64,000 nucleotides of DNA from a virus. The stretch lies in the IMG/VR virus record IMGVR_UViG_3300028394_003336; one strand, 5' to 3'. A program made the position numbers and the translations under genes. The notes beneath the pieces were generated by a model that saw nothing but the letters and a program-made list of their open reading frames with translations, had not been told where the DNA came from and ran no database searches. Positions 30,514 to 40,653 of this stretch are shown one piece after another (the first letter of the stretch is position 1; each line of letters opens with the position of its first letter).

Positions 30514-32367
30514 TTAGGAATTTAGTAACTTATCCAATTCTTTTGAAATTTCTCCTAAAGATTCTTGTCCATGACCTAAATCTATGAATGTTGCTCCGTC
30601 AATTAAGTTGTTTTCAATCAACATATTTAAGCTATTTAATTTTGACTCAGGTATTGGTGGTTCTCCTTCAGTTGGTGGTGGAGGAGCTTCTCCCCCTAAT
30701 TCCTCTCCTCCTGGCGGTGGCGGAGGTGTTCCTAAATCTCCACCTGGAGGTGGTCCTAATTCCTCGGCACCACCTGGAGTTGTTGAAGCTCCCGCTGATG
30801 GTGTTGAGCCCGAAGGACTTCCGTAAAGTTTGTCAATATTATCAAAAATACCTGTCTTAGTAATAACAGTTGCTGTTGCTTTAAGTTCTTCTCCAACAGC
30901 TCTTTCAATTCTTTGTTGTTGTAGGTCAAGTCTAATTTCTTCGTCTGACCAACCAAAGATATGTTTCTTAGCCCAAGTAGAAGATGTTGCTTGAATACCA
31001 TTTCCTGGGTCGGCAACCAAGTCTTTATATAATAATATTTTTTCTTTCCAAATATCTACTTTAAGTAAATCTGCTTGTGTAGATGGGTTAGTTAATCCTA
31101 ATGTAAAGTTTTGTAATTCGTCCTCAAACCCTAATAAGAATAAATGCACAATTGCAATCTTATTAAGCTCTTGAATCATACTTTTTTGAATTCTATTAAT
31201 TGTACGAGCAAATCTAATATCTTGTAATGCTAGGTTTTTTCCGTCACCAACAACTTCTTCAAATCCTAAAAATGCTTTAGGAACACGAAGAGCAGTTAAT
31301 AATTTCTTTTGAATATATTCAATATCCGCAATTTCTGATAAATTTGTTGCTCCTGGCAATGTATCAATTGGGCTTGGTGCCGCTGGGTCTCTAACAGGTA
31401 CAAAATAATCTTGGTCAACCGCCATTTGGTTGAATCTCATATCCACATTACCTGTCTTACTATCAACAATTTGTTCTCTTTTGAATTTGTTAGCAACACG
31501 TTGTACATATGCTTCAACATCATCATCATTCATATTTCCAACAAATACTTTAAAGATTCTTCTTTCAGGAGCTCTTGAAGTTCTATAGATTAACATAGCA
31601 TCTTCACACAATAAAAGTTGTTTCCAAGTTCTTCTTGCTTTTTCTAACATAGAAGTACCATAAGGAAGTTTTCTATCATCACCCAATAATCTAAAGTGAG
31701 CCATTTCCCATGATTGGAATTCCATATTTTTGTTCTTCCAAGTGAAATGTAATGCCTTTTTGTCCTTATCTAATTCTTTTGTAATATCAACAGAAATTTT
31801 TTGACTAACACCAACTTCATGTCTTTCAATTTCAATTGTTGGTAATTGTTGAACACCAACAACTCCTTTCTCAGGGTCTAATTTCAAATACACAAAGTTA
31901 TCACCATACTTACAAGTGTTTCTTGTCCACATTGGTAAGTTAGTGTTAATATCCAATGAGTTGTTAAATAAATCGGCTAATACACCCTTAATTCTTTTTG
32001 ATTCAGAATAAATTTGTAATATAAATCCATCTTCATTTGTTGTTGTAGATTCTTCAGCATAAATGTCCAAAGCGGCAGAAATCTCAGGAGTATACTCCAT
32101 TGATTCATAATCATACTGAGAAGATAATCTTGTTGGCTCATAATAAATTGCTTGAGAATATAAATTATTCTCAACCTTAGCCCATTGATTTGCTAAATAA
32201 AAAGTTTGTTGTGCTTGAAGTTTTTCGGTTTCGTATTCCTGTTTGTTTGTTGTACGCAACAATTCCTGTTTATCAAACTTAAATGTTGGATAATCTTGTC
32301 CTAAAAGTGAATTAGGTCCAAATGTTTGCGACAATCGTTGCCAAACCGTCATGTTCTGTTCTGCCAT
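30514..32367 (-). CDS. gp20: Portal protein (T4 gp20-like)
   Basis: PYGTSMLE, EDAMLIYRTSRAPERRIF, IDTLPG and ALRVPK motifs; Pro/Gly-rich tail. Confidence 0.95.
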   Translation of the reverse strand: MAEQNMTVWQRLSQTFGPNSLLGQDYPTFKFDKQELLRTTNKQEYETEKLQAQQTFYLANQWAKVENNLYSQAIYYEPTRLSSQYDYESMEYTPEISAALDIYAEESTTTNEDGFILQIYSESKRIKGVLADLFNNSLDINTNLPMWTRNTCKYGDNFVYLKLDPEKGVVGVQQLPTIEIERHEVGVSQKISVDITKELDKDKKALHFTWKNKNMEFQSWEMAHFRLLGDDRKLPYGTSMLEKARRTWKQLLLCEDAMLIYRTSRAPERRIFKVFVGNMNDDDVEAYVQRVANKFKREQIVDSKTGNVDMRFNQMAVDQDYFVPVRDPAAPSPIDTLPGATNLSEIADIEYIQKKLLTALRVPKAFLGFEEVVGDGKNLALQDIRFARTINRIQKSMIQELNKIAIVHLFLLGFEDELQNFTLGLTNPSTQADLLKVDIWKEKILLYKDLVADPGNGIQATSSTWAKKHIFGWSDEEIRLDLQQQRIERAVGEELKATATVITKTGIFDNIDKLYGSPSGSTPSAGASTTPGGAEELGPPPGGDLGTPPPPPGGEELGGEAPPPPTEGEPPIPESKLNSLNMLIENNLIDGATFIDLGHGQESLGEISKELDKLLNS

Positions 32368-32404
32368 ATTACAATTTTACTTATTACCTTGATAATATAA
32401 ATAG

Positions 32405-34165
32405 TTATTTGGAACCAAATAACCATCCATATTTTTGATAATCGGCTTTAGTGGCTGATTGGTTACTATAAGGGTTTTGTCTTCCCATTTGAGGAATCAT
32501 TGGATTAAAGTAATCTGAAGTGTTTTTATTCTCGTTAACGACAGATGTCCAAGAATTTAACATTGCCTTTGTATGATTAACAACTTTTTGTAAGGATTGA
32601 AATGATTTTTCTGCAACATATATTGCCATAGAAATACCCATAATACAGTCATCATGATGACCTTTTTGATGGTCTGGTCTACCATTCACATAAATAAATG
32701 TGTTCATTTCGTTATATAATCTATGAGAATATATTTTGAAATCGTGTCTACACGCTTCTTCCAATGATGCAATAATTTGAACTCTTTTATTGTTGAAATT
32801 AATACCAGGTATTTTTTCATTCATTTTTGGGTCCCATTTCCACTTATTATTTGGGTCAACATTATCAACGTACATCCCTCCTTGATAACCCATTTCTTGC
32901 ATTTTTCTTGCTGTAGCGACCCCCATTCCACCTGTTAAATCCACAACACAATATGCGGTATACATACTTCCCCACTTATAAGCAATCTCAGCAGTAATGT
33001 CTGGTGGAACTTTTCCAACATATTCAAGTACTTGTTCTCTTGTATCAAAATCAATTATTTGAATGCTACTAAAATCTTCCGAGTCACCTCTTGATACGTC
33101 CACACCCATAACATATTTATGACCATTTTCTGGTTCTTTAAAAATCCAAAGTGAGCCACCCATCATTTTAGCTAAAGGTTCTCTTAATTGATTTTTGGAA
33201 ATGTTCTGCATTAATTCAGAGTCAAAAACGTTATCACCTGAACCCAAGAAATTGCATTCTAATTCCTGAGCCACTTTTCTCCTATCAAACTTTAACTTTT
33301 TAACCATTCCTTCAAACCAAGACGAACATGGTTTATACCCCTGACTTATATAATCAGTTGTTATTTCATGGTCTCGTTCATATGGATTATCAATTGATAA
33401 CTCCACAACAACATCTTTGGCATAATCTTCTCTATTTAACAAAAAATGAACTAAATCATTTGTTTTAACCATATACAAATCTTTTGTATATCTTGGGTCA
33501 CGATACCAGTACATTTCAGAAATTTTGAAGTCATTCATATTTCTTAATGCTTGGTCATAAATTTCATAATAAATTGCGTCGTATCCGTTTGGAGTAGAAA
33601 CAACGATAACCTTACCACCCGTAGATAGTGAGGCCATACACGCTGACCAAAAATCTCCGTCAGCCTCAATGAACGCCGCCTCATCAAAAATAAGAATAGT
33701 TGGGGTATAACCTCTCAACGCATCCTTTGATGTTGCAACCGCTTTAACTTCACAGTCATTAGTAAGTTTAAAATGTCTTTGTGCGTTTTTATCAGGTGAA
33801 AATCCAACACCTACCCAAGATGGCCATTGTTCTGTAAAATTTCTAATTTTGTTAGCCATCTCAACGGATGTATCTAACTTATTGGCAATGATTAGAATTT
33901 TTTCAGGTTTCTGTTTTTTGGCAAATACCAATTTTTTGGATGCCCATGCAGCGGTTACTGTTGTTACACCAGCCTGACGATACTTTAATGCAATGTTTTC
34001 ATTGTGGGCATCGTAATCTTCAATAAGACTAACTTGGTCAGGAAAAAGGTCTAAGGGAACATACTTTGATACTGTGTTATCGTATGTCTGTAAATAAGTA
34101 CGAAGTGCGTAAGGAGTATTCCTCATACACTTCGTAACTTCTATAATTAATTGTTCTTTAGTCAC
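32405..34165 (-). CDS. gp17: Terminase large subunit (T4 gp17-like)
   Basis: KYRQAGVTT, LIFDEAAF, VSTPNG, GVDVSRG and HDDCIM motifs; GTG start. Confidence 0.95.
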   Translation of the reverse strand: MTKEQLIIEVTKCMRNTPYALRTYLQTYDNTVSKYVPLDLFPDQVSLIEDYDAHNENIALKYRQAGVTTVTAAWASKKLVFAKKQKPEKILIIANKLDTSVEMANKIRNFTEQWPSWVGVGFSPDKNAQRHFKLTNDCEVKAVATSKDALRGYTPTILIFDEAAFIEADGDFWSACMASLSTGGKVIVVSTPNGYDAIYYEIYDQALRNMNDFKISEMYWYRDPRYTKDLYMVKTNDLVHFLLNREDYAKDVVVELSIDNPYERDHEITTDYISQGYKPCSSWFEGMVKKLKFDRRKVAQELECNFLGSGDNVFDSELMQNISKNQLREPLAKMMGGSLWIFKEPENGHKYVMGVDVSRGDSEDFSSIQIIDFDTREQVLEYVGKVPPDITAEIAYKWGSMYTAYCVVDLTGGMGVATARKMQEMGYQGGMYVDNVDPNNKWKWDPKMNEKIPGINFNNKRVQIIASLEEACRHDFKIYSHRLYNEMNTFIYVNGRPDHQKGHHDDCIMGISMAIYVAEKSFQSLQKVVNHTKAMLNSWTSVVNENKNTSDYFNPMIPQMGRQNPYSNQSATKADYQKYGWLFGSK

Positions 34166-34171
34166 AAATTA

Positions 34172-35482
34172 TTATTTGGGTCTTGATATACCCAAACTAC
34201 CGAAGAAATCGTCAAGTCCGTCATCTTCATCAAAATCATCATCATCAGATTCAATCCCTTTTTCTTCTTTATAATCTTCAAACTCACTCTTCATTTCTTG
34301 GGCTTCTCTCATAACTTCTCTGAATCTATCAGTTGCTTTTTTAACTTTAGATTCATCTTCTGAAATTGCATTTCCGATAATTTCTAAAAATTCTTGTGCT
34401 GGTATTTGGTATAACAAAATTTGAAACCAGTTTATTAGACCCTTGTTTGATTCATCAAACATTTCATCAGGCATTGCGTGTCTAAACTTTTCTACAATCT
34501 CGGGTCCTATTCTTAATTGCATTGGTTCGTTAGATAATACATCTACCGCTCCTCTAACTTTATCACGAATATCAGGATTTTTAGAATGACCATGTCTACC
34601 TTTAGCCTCTTCTAAACCTTTAATAATTTCATGACATAAGATAGGGAATATCATTCCTACTGCAATAATTTTTGTGTCAGGTTGTTCTTCACCACCACCA
34701 CCTTCTTCACCATCTTCTTCATCTGCATCATCTAATGACACTTTACCTGCAACACCTTGACCTGTTTGACTCATCATTTCAATCATTTGTTCCATAGTAA
34801 AATACATGAAATCATTGATTGCCATAATTCCCAAATAATCTCCATATAGAGATGGGTCAATAGCATCTAATCTTGCTCTAATGTCAGGCTTTTGAAAAAG
34901 GTAATGTCCTCTTTTTGCAGCGCCTTGAATAATTGCATTTATTATATTTCTTTTATGTTTTTCTAATTCTAATTCTTCCTCATCTGTTAAATCCTCAATA
35001 TCAAATGATGGAATTTCTAATTCATCTTTCTCCTCATCATCATCTTCGTCATCCTTTGGTTCTTCAGGTGAAAATCTAAAATCTGAAACATCAGGTTGTT
35101 GTCCTAAATGTGGTTCAATTTGATACCACCCTTCAGGTACTTCTTGCTCTTCTAAACTGGCATCAACTGCTAATTGTTCAAGTTCATCTTTATGAGCAGA
35201 TTCAATTGACATAATGTTTCTAAGCTTACCCATCATCTCATTATAAATCATTCCTTGAACTTGCTGAGAACCAATATTTCTATTACCTACAACTTCTTTT
35301 AATTTATCCGCAACTTTTTGGAATCTTTGACTAACTAATCTTTGTACATCAGCAACCCCCTTTCTCATTGCAGGATTTTGTGCATATAAACTATCAGGAC
35401 TAGCCAATTTTCTTTCCAAACTTGGGTCCATTCTTTCAGGTCTATTACCGTAATCTAATTGTTCTTTTAATTTTTTTGCCAT
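34172..35482 (-). CDS. Conserved acidic hypothetical protein
   Basis: Long ORF; start MAKKLKEQ at 35482 avoids overlap. Confidence 0.7.
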   Translation of the reverse strand: MAKKLKEQLDYGNRPERMDPSLERKLASPDSLYAQNPAMRKGVADVQRLVSQRFQKVADKLKEVVGNRNIGSQQVQGMIYNEMMGKLRNIMSIESAHKDELEQLAVDASLEEQEVPEGWYQIEPHLGQQPDVSDFRFSPEEPKDDEDDDEEKDELEIPSFDIEDLTDEEELELEKHKRNIINAIIQGAAKRGHYLFQKPDIRARLDAIDPSLYGDYLGIMAINDFMYFTMEQMIEMMSQTGQGVAGKVSLDDADEEDGEEGGGGEEQPDTKIIAVGMIFPILCHEIIKGLEEAKGRHGHSKNPDIRDKVRGAVDVLSNEPMQLRIGPEIVEKFRHAMPDEMFDESNKGLINWFQILLYQIPAQEFLEIIGNAISEDESKVKKATDRFREVMREAQEMKSEFEDYKEEKGIESDDDDFDEDDGLDDFFGSLGISRPK

Positions 35483-35486
35483 TTTC

Positions 35487-36221
35487 TTATTTTTGTAAAA
35501 GTTGCATAATAACATCTATAACCTCATCTTTCGCCTTTTCAGCAGATATTTTTTGAGCCTTTGGGGATTCTTTTTCTCCTGGGTTTGGATTCTTACCAGG
35601 ATGTGATGGTCTTGGTCTAGTTGCTGGTTTTCCTGGTTTTGTGGTTGGAGATGTCTTTGGTTTTGATGGTGCAGTTGCAGGACCTGCTTCTGACAAATAC
35701 TTAACTAAATCACCTTTAGTAATTCTTGGTGGGATATTTCTTTCAACTATTCTCATAATTTCGTTTTCTAAAAACAAAGATACGGGATTTTTTCCTTCTC
35801 CCAATTGTTTTTTAATTTCTCTTACACATCTTTCCCACTTTCTTGATTTTTTTGGTCCTACTTGAGAATGACAAATAGACGATGCGGTTGATTTTCCTTC
35901 AAACATACCCATACCGTCATCTTCATTTCCAAATCCATCATCTGATGATGGGCCAACTTGTTTTGGGTCCTGAGTTTCAGTTTCTTTGTTCGGGTCTACG
36001 GTTACTTCTTCCTCTTCGTCAAGTTCTTTTTCATAAACTTGGAATGGCTTTTTCTCACTTTTTAATTTGCTAATCATAGCAGTATCCGTTTTAGAAACAT
36101 TAACTTGTTCAACAAATAATTTTTTGTATAAAACGTCAATCTGTGATTCATCTAATTTTGAAACAGTATTAGCAGATAAACCTTTATCTATTAATCTCAA
36201 AGCTTTTTTATTAATTTTCAT
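35487..36221 (-). CDS. Hypothetical protein with Pro/Lys-rich tail
   Basis: Operonic ORF. Confidence 0.7.
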   Translation of the reverse strand: MKINKKALRLIDKGLSANTVSKLDESQIDVLYKKLFVEQVNVSKTDTAMISKLKSEKKPFQVYEKELDEEEEVTVDPNKETETQDPKQVGPSSDDGFGNEDDGMGMFEGKSTASSICHSQVGPKKSRKWERCVREIKKQLGEGKNPVSLFLENEIMRIVERNIPPRITKGDLVKYLSEAGPATAPSKPKTSPTTKPGKPATRPRPSHPGKNPNPGEKESPKAQKISAEKAKDEVIDVIMQLLQK

Positions 36222-36606
36222 ATACTACTTTCTTTTCAAATTCTAAAATCAAATCTCTTTCGTAGAGTTTGTCTTTTATTTCTTGTTCTGTTGTACCAAA
36301 TCTAAATACTAATCTTTTTTGACTTTCTTCTTCATCAGTTTCCCAGGCTAATGCAACGACATCATCAATTGCATCTATCATACAAAAAAAATCGGAGTTC
36401 TGAATCAATTCCAACTTTACATCAGTATTTCTCAGAACTCCTACTTTTTTAATATATTTTAATTCAGGTGGTCCAGGATAACCATTACATGGTTTACTTT
36501 CCCAAGATTCTCCCCAAACATCTTCAGTATCAGAGAATATAAACTCGTAAAGATTGTCTCCCTTATAATTAGGCCCTAAACCATTTACGTAGATTAATTT
36601 ACTCAT
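36211..36606 (-). CDS. Hypothetical protein
   Basis: Operonic ORF. Confidence 0.75.
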   Translation of the reverse strand: MSKLIYVNGLGPNYKGDNLYEFIFSDTEDVWGESWESKPCNGYPGPPELKYIKKVGVLRNTDVKLELIQNSDFFCMIDAIDDVVALAWETDEEESQKRLVFRFGTTEQEIKDKLYERDLILEFEKKVVYEN

Positions 36607-37829
36607 ACTAAAAATCCTTCAGGTGAAATTTTTACTTGTCTTCCTTTATTCTCAAACACCAAGTTTTTTTTGTTTGTTATTCCAACAACTTTAGCACTTC
36701 TATTTTCTTCTAAAAATTTCTTTGACGCCAATTCTTGTTCAATTGTTTCAGTAAATTTTACAACTTCTTTCATTTGTCTTTTAACTTGAGAAATTTTTTG
36801 AATTTGTTTTTGTGCATTTCTTTCTCTGTTTTCCAATATTTCTTTTTTTGTTACTTCAAAATATTTTGAAATTACTTTGTCAACTTTTGATTCACCGAAA
36901 ATATGGTCCATAATTGCACCATATGATGGAGTTTCTCTCATTTCACCTTCGGCAGGTACTTCAGCACTCATTTCAACATCCCCTTCAGGACCTTCAAAAT
37001 CAGCAGTCATTTCCTCTTCACCACCAAAGTCAGAACCTTCTTCTCTTTCTTCAGCTTCTTCAAATTTACCCATAATGTCTTCTTTATCTTCTTCAGATAA
37101 ATTTTTTAAATCTAAAGATGATAAAACCATATTGATAACATATTTGATATTTTCAGAAGTCATTCCTTCTTCGTTATCTAATGTTCTAATTTTTTGAGTC
37201 AATTTACCTGTAAGTTTTTGAATTGATTTGAAAGTTACTTTTTCTTCCATATCTTGGCCTTCTTCAGAATCCATCCCCATATCTTCATCTCCTGGTTCCA
37301 TTCCTAAGTCATCACCCATAGGTAATTCTTCTCCACCTTCTGGAGGTAAATCATCTCCCATTGGAGAAGGAGGTAGTTCTGGTGAAGGAACTGGAGGAGG
37401 TTCCATTGGAACTTCAGCAGCTGGTGCAGGTAGTTCTTCAGGTGCTGGTTTAGGTGTTTTTAAAACGAATTTTTTTTGTTCGCCGTATAAAGAAACACCT
37501 TCCTCATTTTCGTTTAAACGATTCAATTCACCCGCGAGTAAATTCATTCTTTTAAATGCTTGAGAATATGAAGAATAGTATTTTCTATTTTTCATTGGTT
37601 CAATGTAATCAGTATCAGATTCTGAAATAGTTTTTTTAATGATATATCCTTGTCTTTCTTTAACAATTTGATAGTCATGTCCATCCGCTAAATTTACTGA
37701 ATATTCTTTTTTGGCAGTTTCATTTATTTTTTCAGGAATAACTTCGTTGAATCTTGCGATTTCCATTATTCTTTTCATTTTTTCTTGACCAGTCAGTTTT
37801 TCGCTTCCTATTGGTTTTAAGTCTCCCAT
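36603..37829 (-). CDS. Hypothetical acidic/Pro-rich protein (possible head core component)
   Basis: Operonic ORF with low-complexity E/P/D segments. Confidence 0.7.
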   Translation of the reverse strand: MGDLKPIGSEKLTGQEKMKRIMEIARFNEVIPEKINETAKKEYSVNLADGHDYQIVKERQGYIIKKTISESDTDYIEPMKNRKYYSSYSQAFKRMNLLAGELNRLNENEEGVSLYGEQKKFVLKTPKPAPEELPAPAAEVPMEPPPVPSPELPPSPMGDDLPPEGGEELPMGDDLGMEPGDEDMGMDSEEGQDMEEKVTFKSIQKLTGKLTQKIRTLDNEEGMTSENIKYVINMVLSSLDLKNLSEEDKEDIMGKFEEAEEREEGSDFGGEEEMTADFEGPEGDVEMSAEVPAEGEMRETPSYGAIMDHIFGESKVDKVISKYFEVTKKEILENRERNAQKQIQKISQVKRQMKEVVKFTETIEQELASKKFLEENRSAKVVGITNKKNLVFENKGRQVKISPEGFLV

Positions 37830-37848
37830 ATCTAAAAATTTATATTTT

Positions 37849-38688
37849 TTAATTATTTAATCCGTATTGTCCTCCAAGGGCAATTGCGTTTAGTTGTGTT
37901 ACTTGTGTTGTAGTACCATCATTATTATCAGTTACATATTGAGCGTAAGGAACAACTGTACCTGGAGGTAATGTTCCACCACTAAATGAACCTAACATAG
38001 CCGCAGTATATTCATAAAATTCATTTACCGAAATACCACTATAGAATGGTGTTACACTTGGTGTTGGTGTGTTAGTTGGTGTTATTGGTGGTGTTTTTGT
38101 TGGTGTTGGCGTTGTTGTTTTTGTTGGTGTTACATTTGGTGTATCAGTTGGAGATGCGGTAATACTTGGTGTTACATTTGGTGTTCTCGTTTGTGTAGTG
38201 GTTACACTTGGTGTTGGTGTTTTTGTTGGTGTTACATTTGGTGTATCTGTTGGAGATGCCGTAATACTTGGTGTTGGCGTATTAGTTGATGACGGAGTAT
38301 CTGTTGGTGTTGCAGTTTGTGTTGGTGTCACATTTGGAGTATCTGTTGGTGTTGCAGTTTGTGTTGGTGTTACATTTGGAGTATCTGTTGGTGTTGGTGT
38401 TTGAGATTTAGTTGGTGTAGGAGTTGGTGTTTTTGTTACCGTTGGTGTTGGTGTTACAACTGCTAAACAAGTTGCACAATCCGTATAATCTACCGACATA
38501 GTTAATACAGTATCAGTACCTGTGTTAGGTTCTGCATTATCAATGATATCATAACATCCAGGTGTTGTACCACCAGTGAATGTCAAATAGTAATTTCCAT
38601 TAACCGCTGGTAATGATGAACTATTAAAGTCAACTAATATTGCGGGACCACCGCCACAATAACCTATAAGATATGTTACTAAAGCCAT
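37849..38688 (-). CDS. Thr/Pro-repeat (mucin-like) protein
   Basis: About 135 aa of TP repeats; late motif at 38701-38708. Confidence 0.75.
   Translation of the reverse strand: MALVTYLIGYCGGGPAILVDFNSSSLPAVNGNYYLTFTGGTTPGCYDIIDNAEPNTGTDTVLTMSVDYTDCATCLAVVTPTPTVTKTPTPTPTKSQTPTPTDTPNVTPTQTATPTDTPNVTPTQTATPTDTPSSTNTPTPSITASPTDTPNVTPTKTPTPSVTTTQTRTPNVTPSITASPTDTPNVTPTKTTTPTPTKTPPITPTNTPTPSVTPFYSGISVNEFYEYTAAMLGSFSGGTLPPGTVVPYAQYVTDNNDGTTTQVTQLNAIALGGQYGLNN
38050..38460 (-). repeat. Coding tandem repeat (PTDTPNVTPT-type units)
   Basis: Repeated GTTGGTGTTACATTTGG and GTATCTGTTGG units on the plus strand. Confidence 0.85.
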
Positions 38689-38723
38689 CTATTTTTTCTT
38701 TATAAATATACGATTATACCTAA

Positions 38724-39464
38724 TTATTTAAGTGTTTCTTGAATTTGTCTCTCTACAGTCAGCTCTTTATCCAAAGTTTTATTTAATCTGTCAAACAATT
38801 TTTGAATATGACCCGACCTCCTCAAGAATTTGAATACTAAATTTTCGTAAGAAAGTTCCCCGTCTTTCTCAAGACCTGAGTTTCTATATTCTTTTAATTT
38901 GGTTTTTAACAAGTCTAATTTTTTATTATCATCATCTTCAATCGCAGAATCAATCTTATCAGTCCAAGTTTTAATTTTCTGTTTTAAAACTTCTTGGTCT
39001 ACCTGATTTTTCATTTTACTTGGCTCACTAATCCATTCATTATTCATAATTGAGAACACACCTGAACTATAATGTGATTCTTCAGTGTCTTGGGCATAAA
39101 GTTCAACATCGTATCCATAGATTTTGATGTCATGTTTGTCATTAAAGATTTGTTTCTTTAAATTATATAATTCTTTGTAAAGTTCTGAATCATCTTCATA
39201 TTGTTGTAAATTAACATGTACGTGTAAATCAAAATCAGAAAATTCTGACCAATTGAAGTTAGCCAAAGAACCTGTTAATACAACATCTTCCACAAAAACA
39301 TCTTCTCCAAGATAATCAATGAATTCCTCAGCAATCTTTAAAAGAGCCTTTCTAACTTTTGGAATTATTGTTGCCTTGTTAGGATTTGCAGGGTTTTCCC
39401 AAACTTTTGGATTTAAAGTTTCTTTAACGGAAAAACTATCAAGGATTTTTTGAAAATTACTCAT
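38724..39464 (-). CDS. Pol-beta superfamily nucleotidyltransferase
   Basis: LTGSLANFNWSEFSDFDLH (GS...DxD) and VELY motifs. Confidence 0.85.
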   Translation of the reverse strand: MSNFQKILDSFSVKETLNPKVWENPANPNKATIIPKVRKALLKIAEEFIDYLGEDVFVEDVVLTGSLANFNWSEFSDFDLHVHVNLQQYEDDSELYKELYNLKKQIFNDKHDIKIYGYDVELYAQDTEESHYSSGVFSIMNNEWISEPSKMKNQVDQEVLKQKIKTWTDKIDSAIEDDDNKKLDLLKTKLKEYRNSGLEKDGELSYENLVFKFLRRSGHIQKLFDRLNKTLDKELTVERQIQETLK

Positions 39465-39476
39465 CCTTAATAAATA

Positions 39477-39719
39477 CTACAGTTTCTTATACTTATACTT
39501 TTTTGAAATATCGGTTGTAAAATACTTTCCTTGAGATTCGGATTTTCTGAATGCTGTGTAGGCTTGGTGTGGAACTGATTCATATTCGTATCTGTGTCCA
39601 TTATTAAACTCAACAATTAACTTACTTGTTTCAGTATCGTATTCAGTTTTCTTTATGTTTGAAGATTTTATTTCATTGATAATCTTCGTTCCTTTGATTT
39701 CTTCTTTAGTTATTCCCAT
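39477..39719 (-). CDS. KTSC domain protein
   Basis: SSNI...YD...LIVEFNNG..YEY..VP...S.SQGKYF pattern. Confidence 0.9.
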   Translation of the reverse strand: MGITKEEIKGTKIINEIKSSNIKKTEYDTETSKLIVEFNNGHRYEYESVPHQAYTAFRKSESQGKYFTTDISKKYKYKKL

Positions 39720-40008
39720 CTTTTAAAGGTGTTAATTCATCAATTTTATTTAATAACGGTTGGATGTATTCAGTTAACTCACCCTGGTGTATTTCAAAAC
39801 CATAATCCTTAATTTGTTTAAATAAAGCATTTTTCTTGTTAATGAACTTTTCACGTAATGTCATCATCTTAAACGTAGGGTTCATAACCCTCTCCAATTG
39901 TTCTTGACTAAATCCCTCCTCTTGTAAATGAGTTCTTAACTCAAGATAATTATCCAAAAGTTCTCTTAAGGTTAAACTACTCTCCAAAAATTTTTCAAAT
40001 GGTTTCAT
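39706..40008 (-). CDS. Hypothetical protein
   Basis: Start MKPFEK follows the late motif at 40013-40020. Confidence 0.7.
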   Translation of the reverse strand: MKPFEKFLESSLTLRELLDNYLELRTHLQEEGFSQEQLERVMNPTFKMMTLREKFINKKNALFKQIKDYGFEIHQGELTEYIQPLLNKIDELTPLKDGNN

Positions 40009-40021
40009 ATAATATAAATAC

Positions 40022-40049
40022 AAAACCCCCACCAAAATGATGAGGGTTT
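40022..40049 (-). terminator. Intrinsic terminator after hsp20
   Basis: AAACCCUCA...UGGGGGUUUU on the minus strand. Confidence 0.65.
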
Positions 40050-40068
40050 GTAAATCCACGGAATTTAA

Positions 40069-40455
40069 TTATAGAATACTAATTCTTTTCTTCTCTTGTT
40101 TTTTGAAGTTTGGAACAAATACGGTTAAAAGACCGTCTTCTATTGTTGCCTCTACAGACTCAGGATTATAACCATCACCAATAGTAAATTTCTTAGATAT
40201 TGATTTGGTTCTTGATTCTCCTTTCATTTTATATGTTCTTTCTCCTTCAATGTGTAGAACACCGTCTTCCATTTCTACTTTTAGATTTGTTTTATTAAAT
40301 CCTGGCGCTTCAAAGAAAAGATACGCTCCGTCATTTGTGTAATCAACTTCATACTTATCATCTGTATCACTTGTTGTAGTTTTTTTATAATACGGATAAG
40401 TCGGAATTTCTCCAAAGAATTTGTCAAATAAATCATTTGCATTTCTGTAAATCAT
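40069..40455 (-). CDS. Small heat-shock protein, Hsp20 family
   Basis: EAPGF...LHIEGER...VEATIEDGLLTV alpha-crystallin motifs. Confidence 0.9.
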   Translation of the reverse strand: MIYRNANDLFDKFFGEIPTYPYYKKTTTSDTDDKYEVDYTNDGAYLFFEAPGFNKTNLKVEMEDGVLHIEGERTYKMKGESRTKSISKKFTIGDGYNPESVEATIEDGLLTVFVPNFKKQEKKRISIL

Positions 40456-40498
40456 AATTTTTTAGTTTTTTAAAATTTATTATTTATATTTGTAATAA

Positions 40499-40600
40499 TC
40501 AAGTTTGATGCCGCTGAAACTTACCTGTAATTATTTCAGTTCTTTTCTTAACAATATGTCATTATGACATATAAAAAAAATAAATCCTGACAATTTGTCA
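40499..40600. promoter_or_regulatory. Sigma-54-like -24/-12 site for hsp20 plus TGACA/TGTCA palindromes
   Basis: Minus strand GGCATCAAACTTGA (40499-40512); palindromes ATATGTCA-TTA-TGACATAT (40554-40572) and TGACA-ATT-TGTCA (40588-40600). Confidence 0.5.
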
Positions 40601-40653
40601 AATTATTTGGCGGTGTATGAAATTTGACACATCTTTGTAAAAATTATTTAATT

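Noticed and set aside
32405-34165. Intein or intron in the terminase or capsid genes
   Set aside because: Lengths and motif spacing are continuous, with no splicing motifs.
26213-38404. Antisense or alternate-frame ORFs in the head cluster (for example 27278-27544, 30584-30826, 36877-37197, 37228-37563, 38069-38404)
   Set aside because: Shadows of low-complexity sense genes, with no start context or recognisable motifs.
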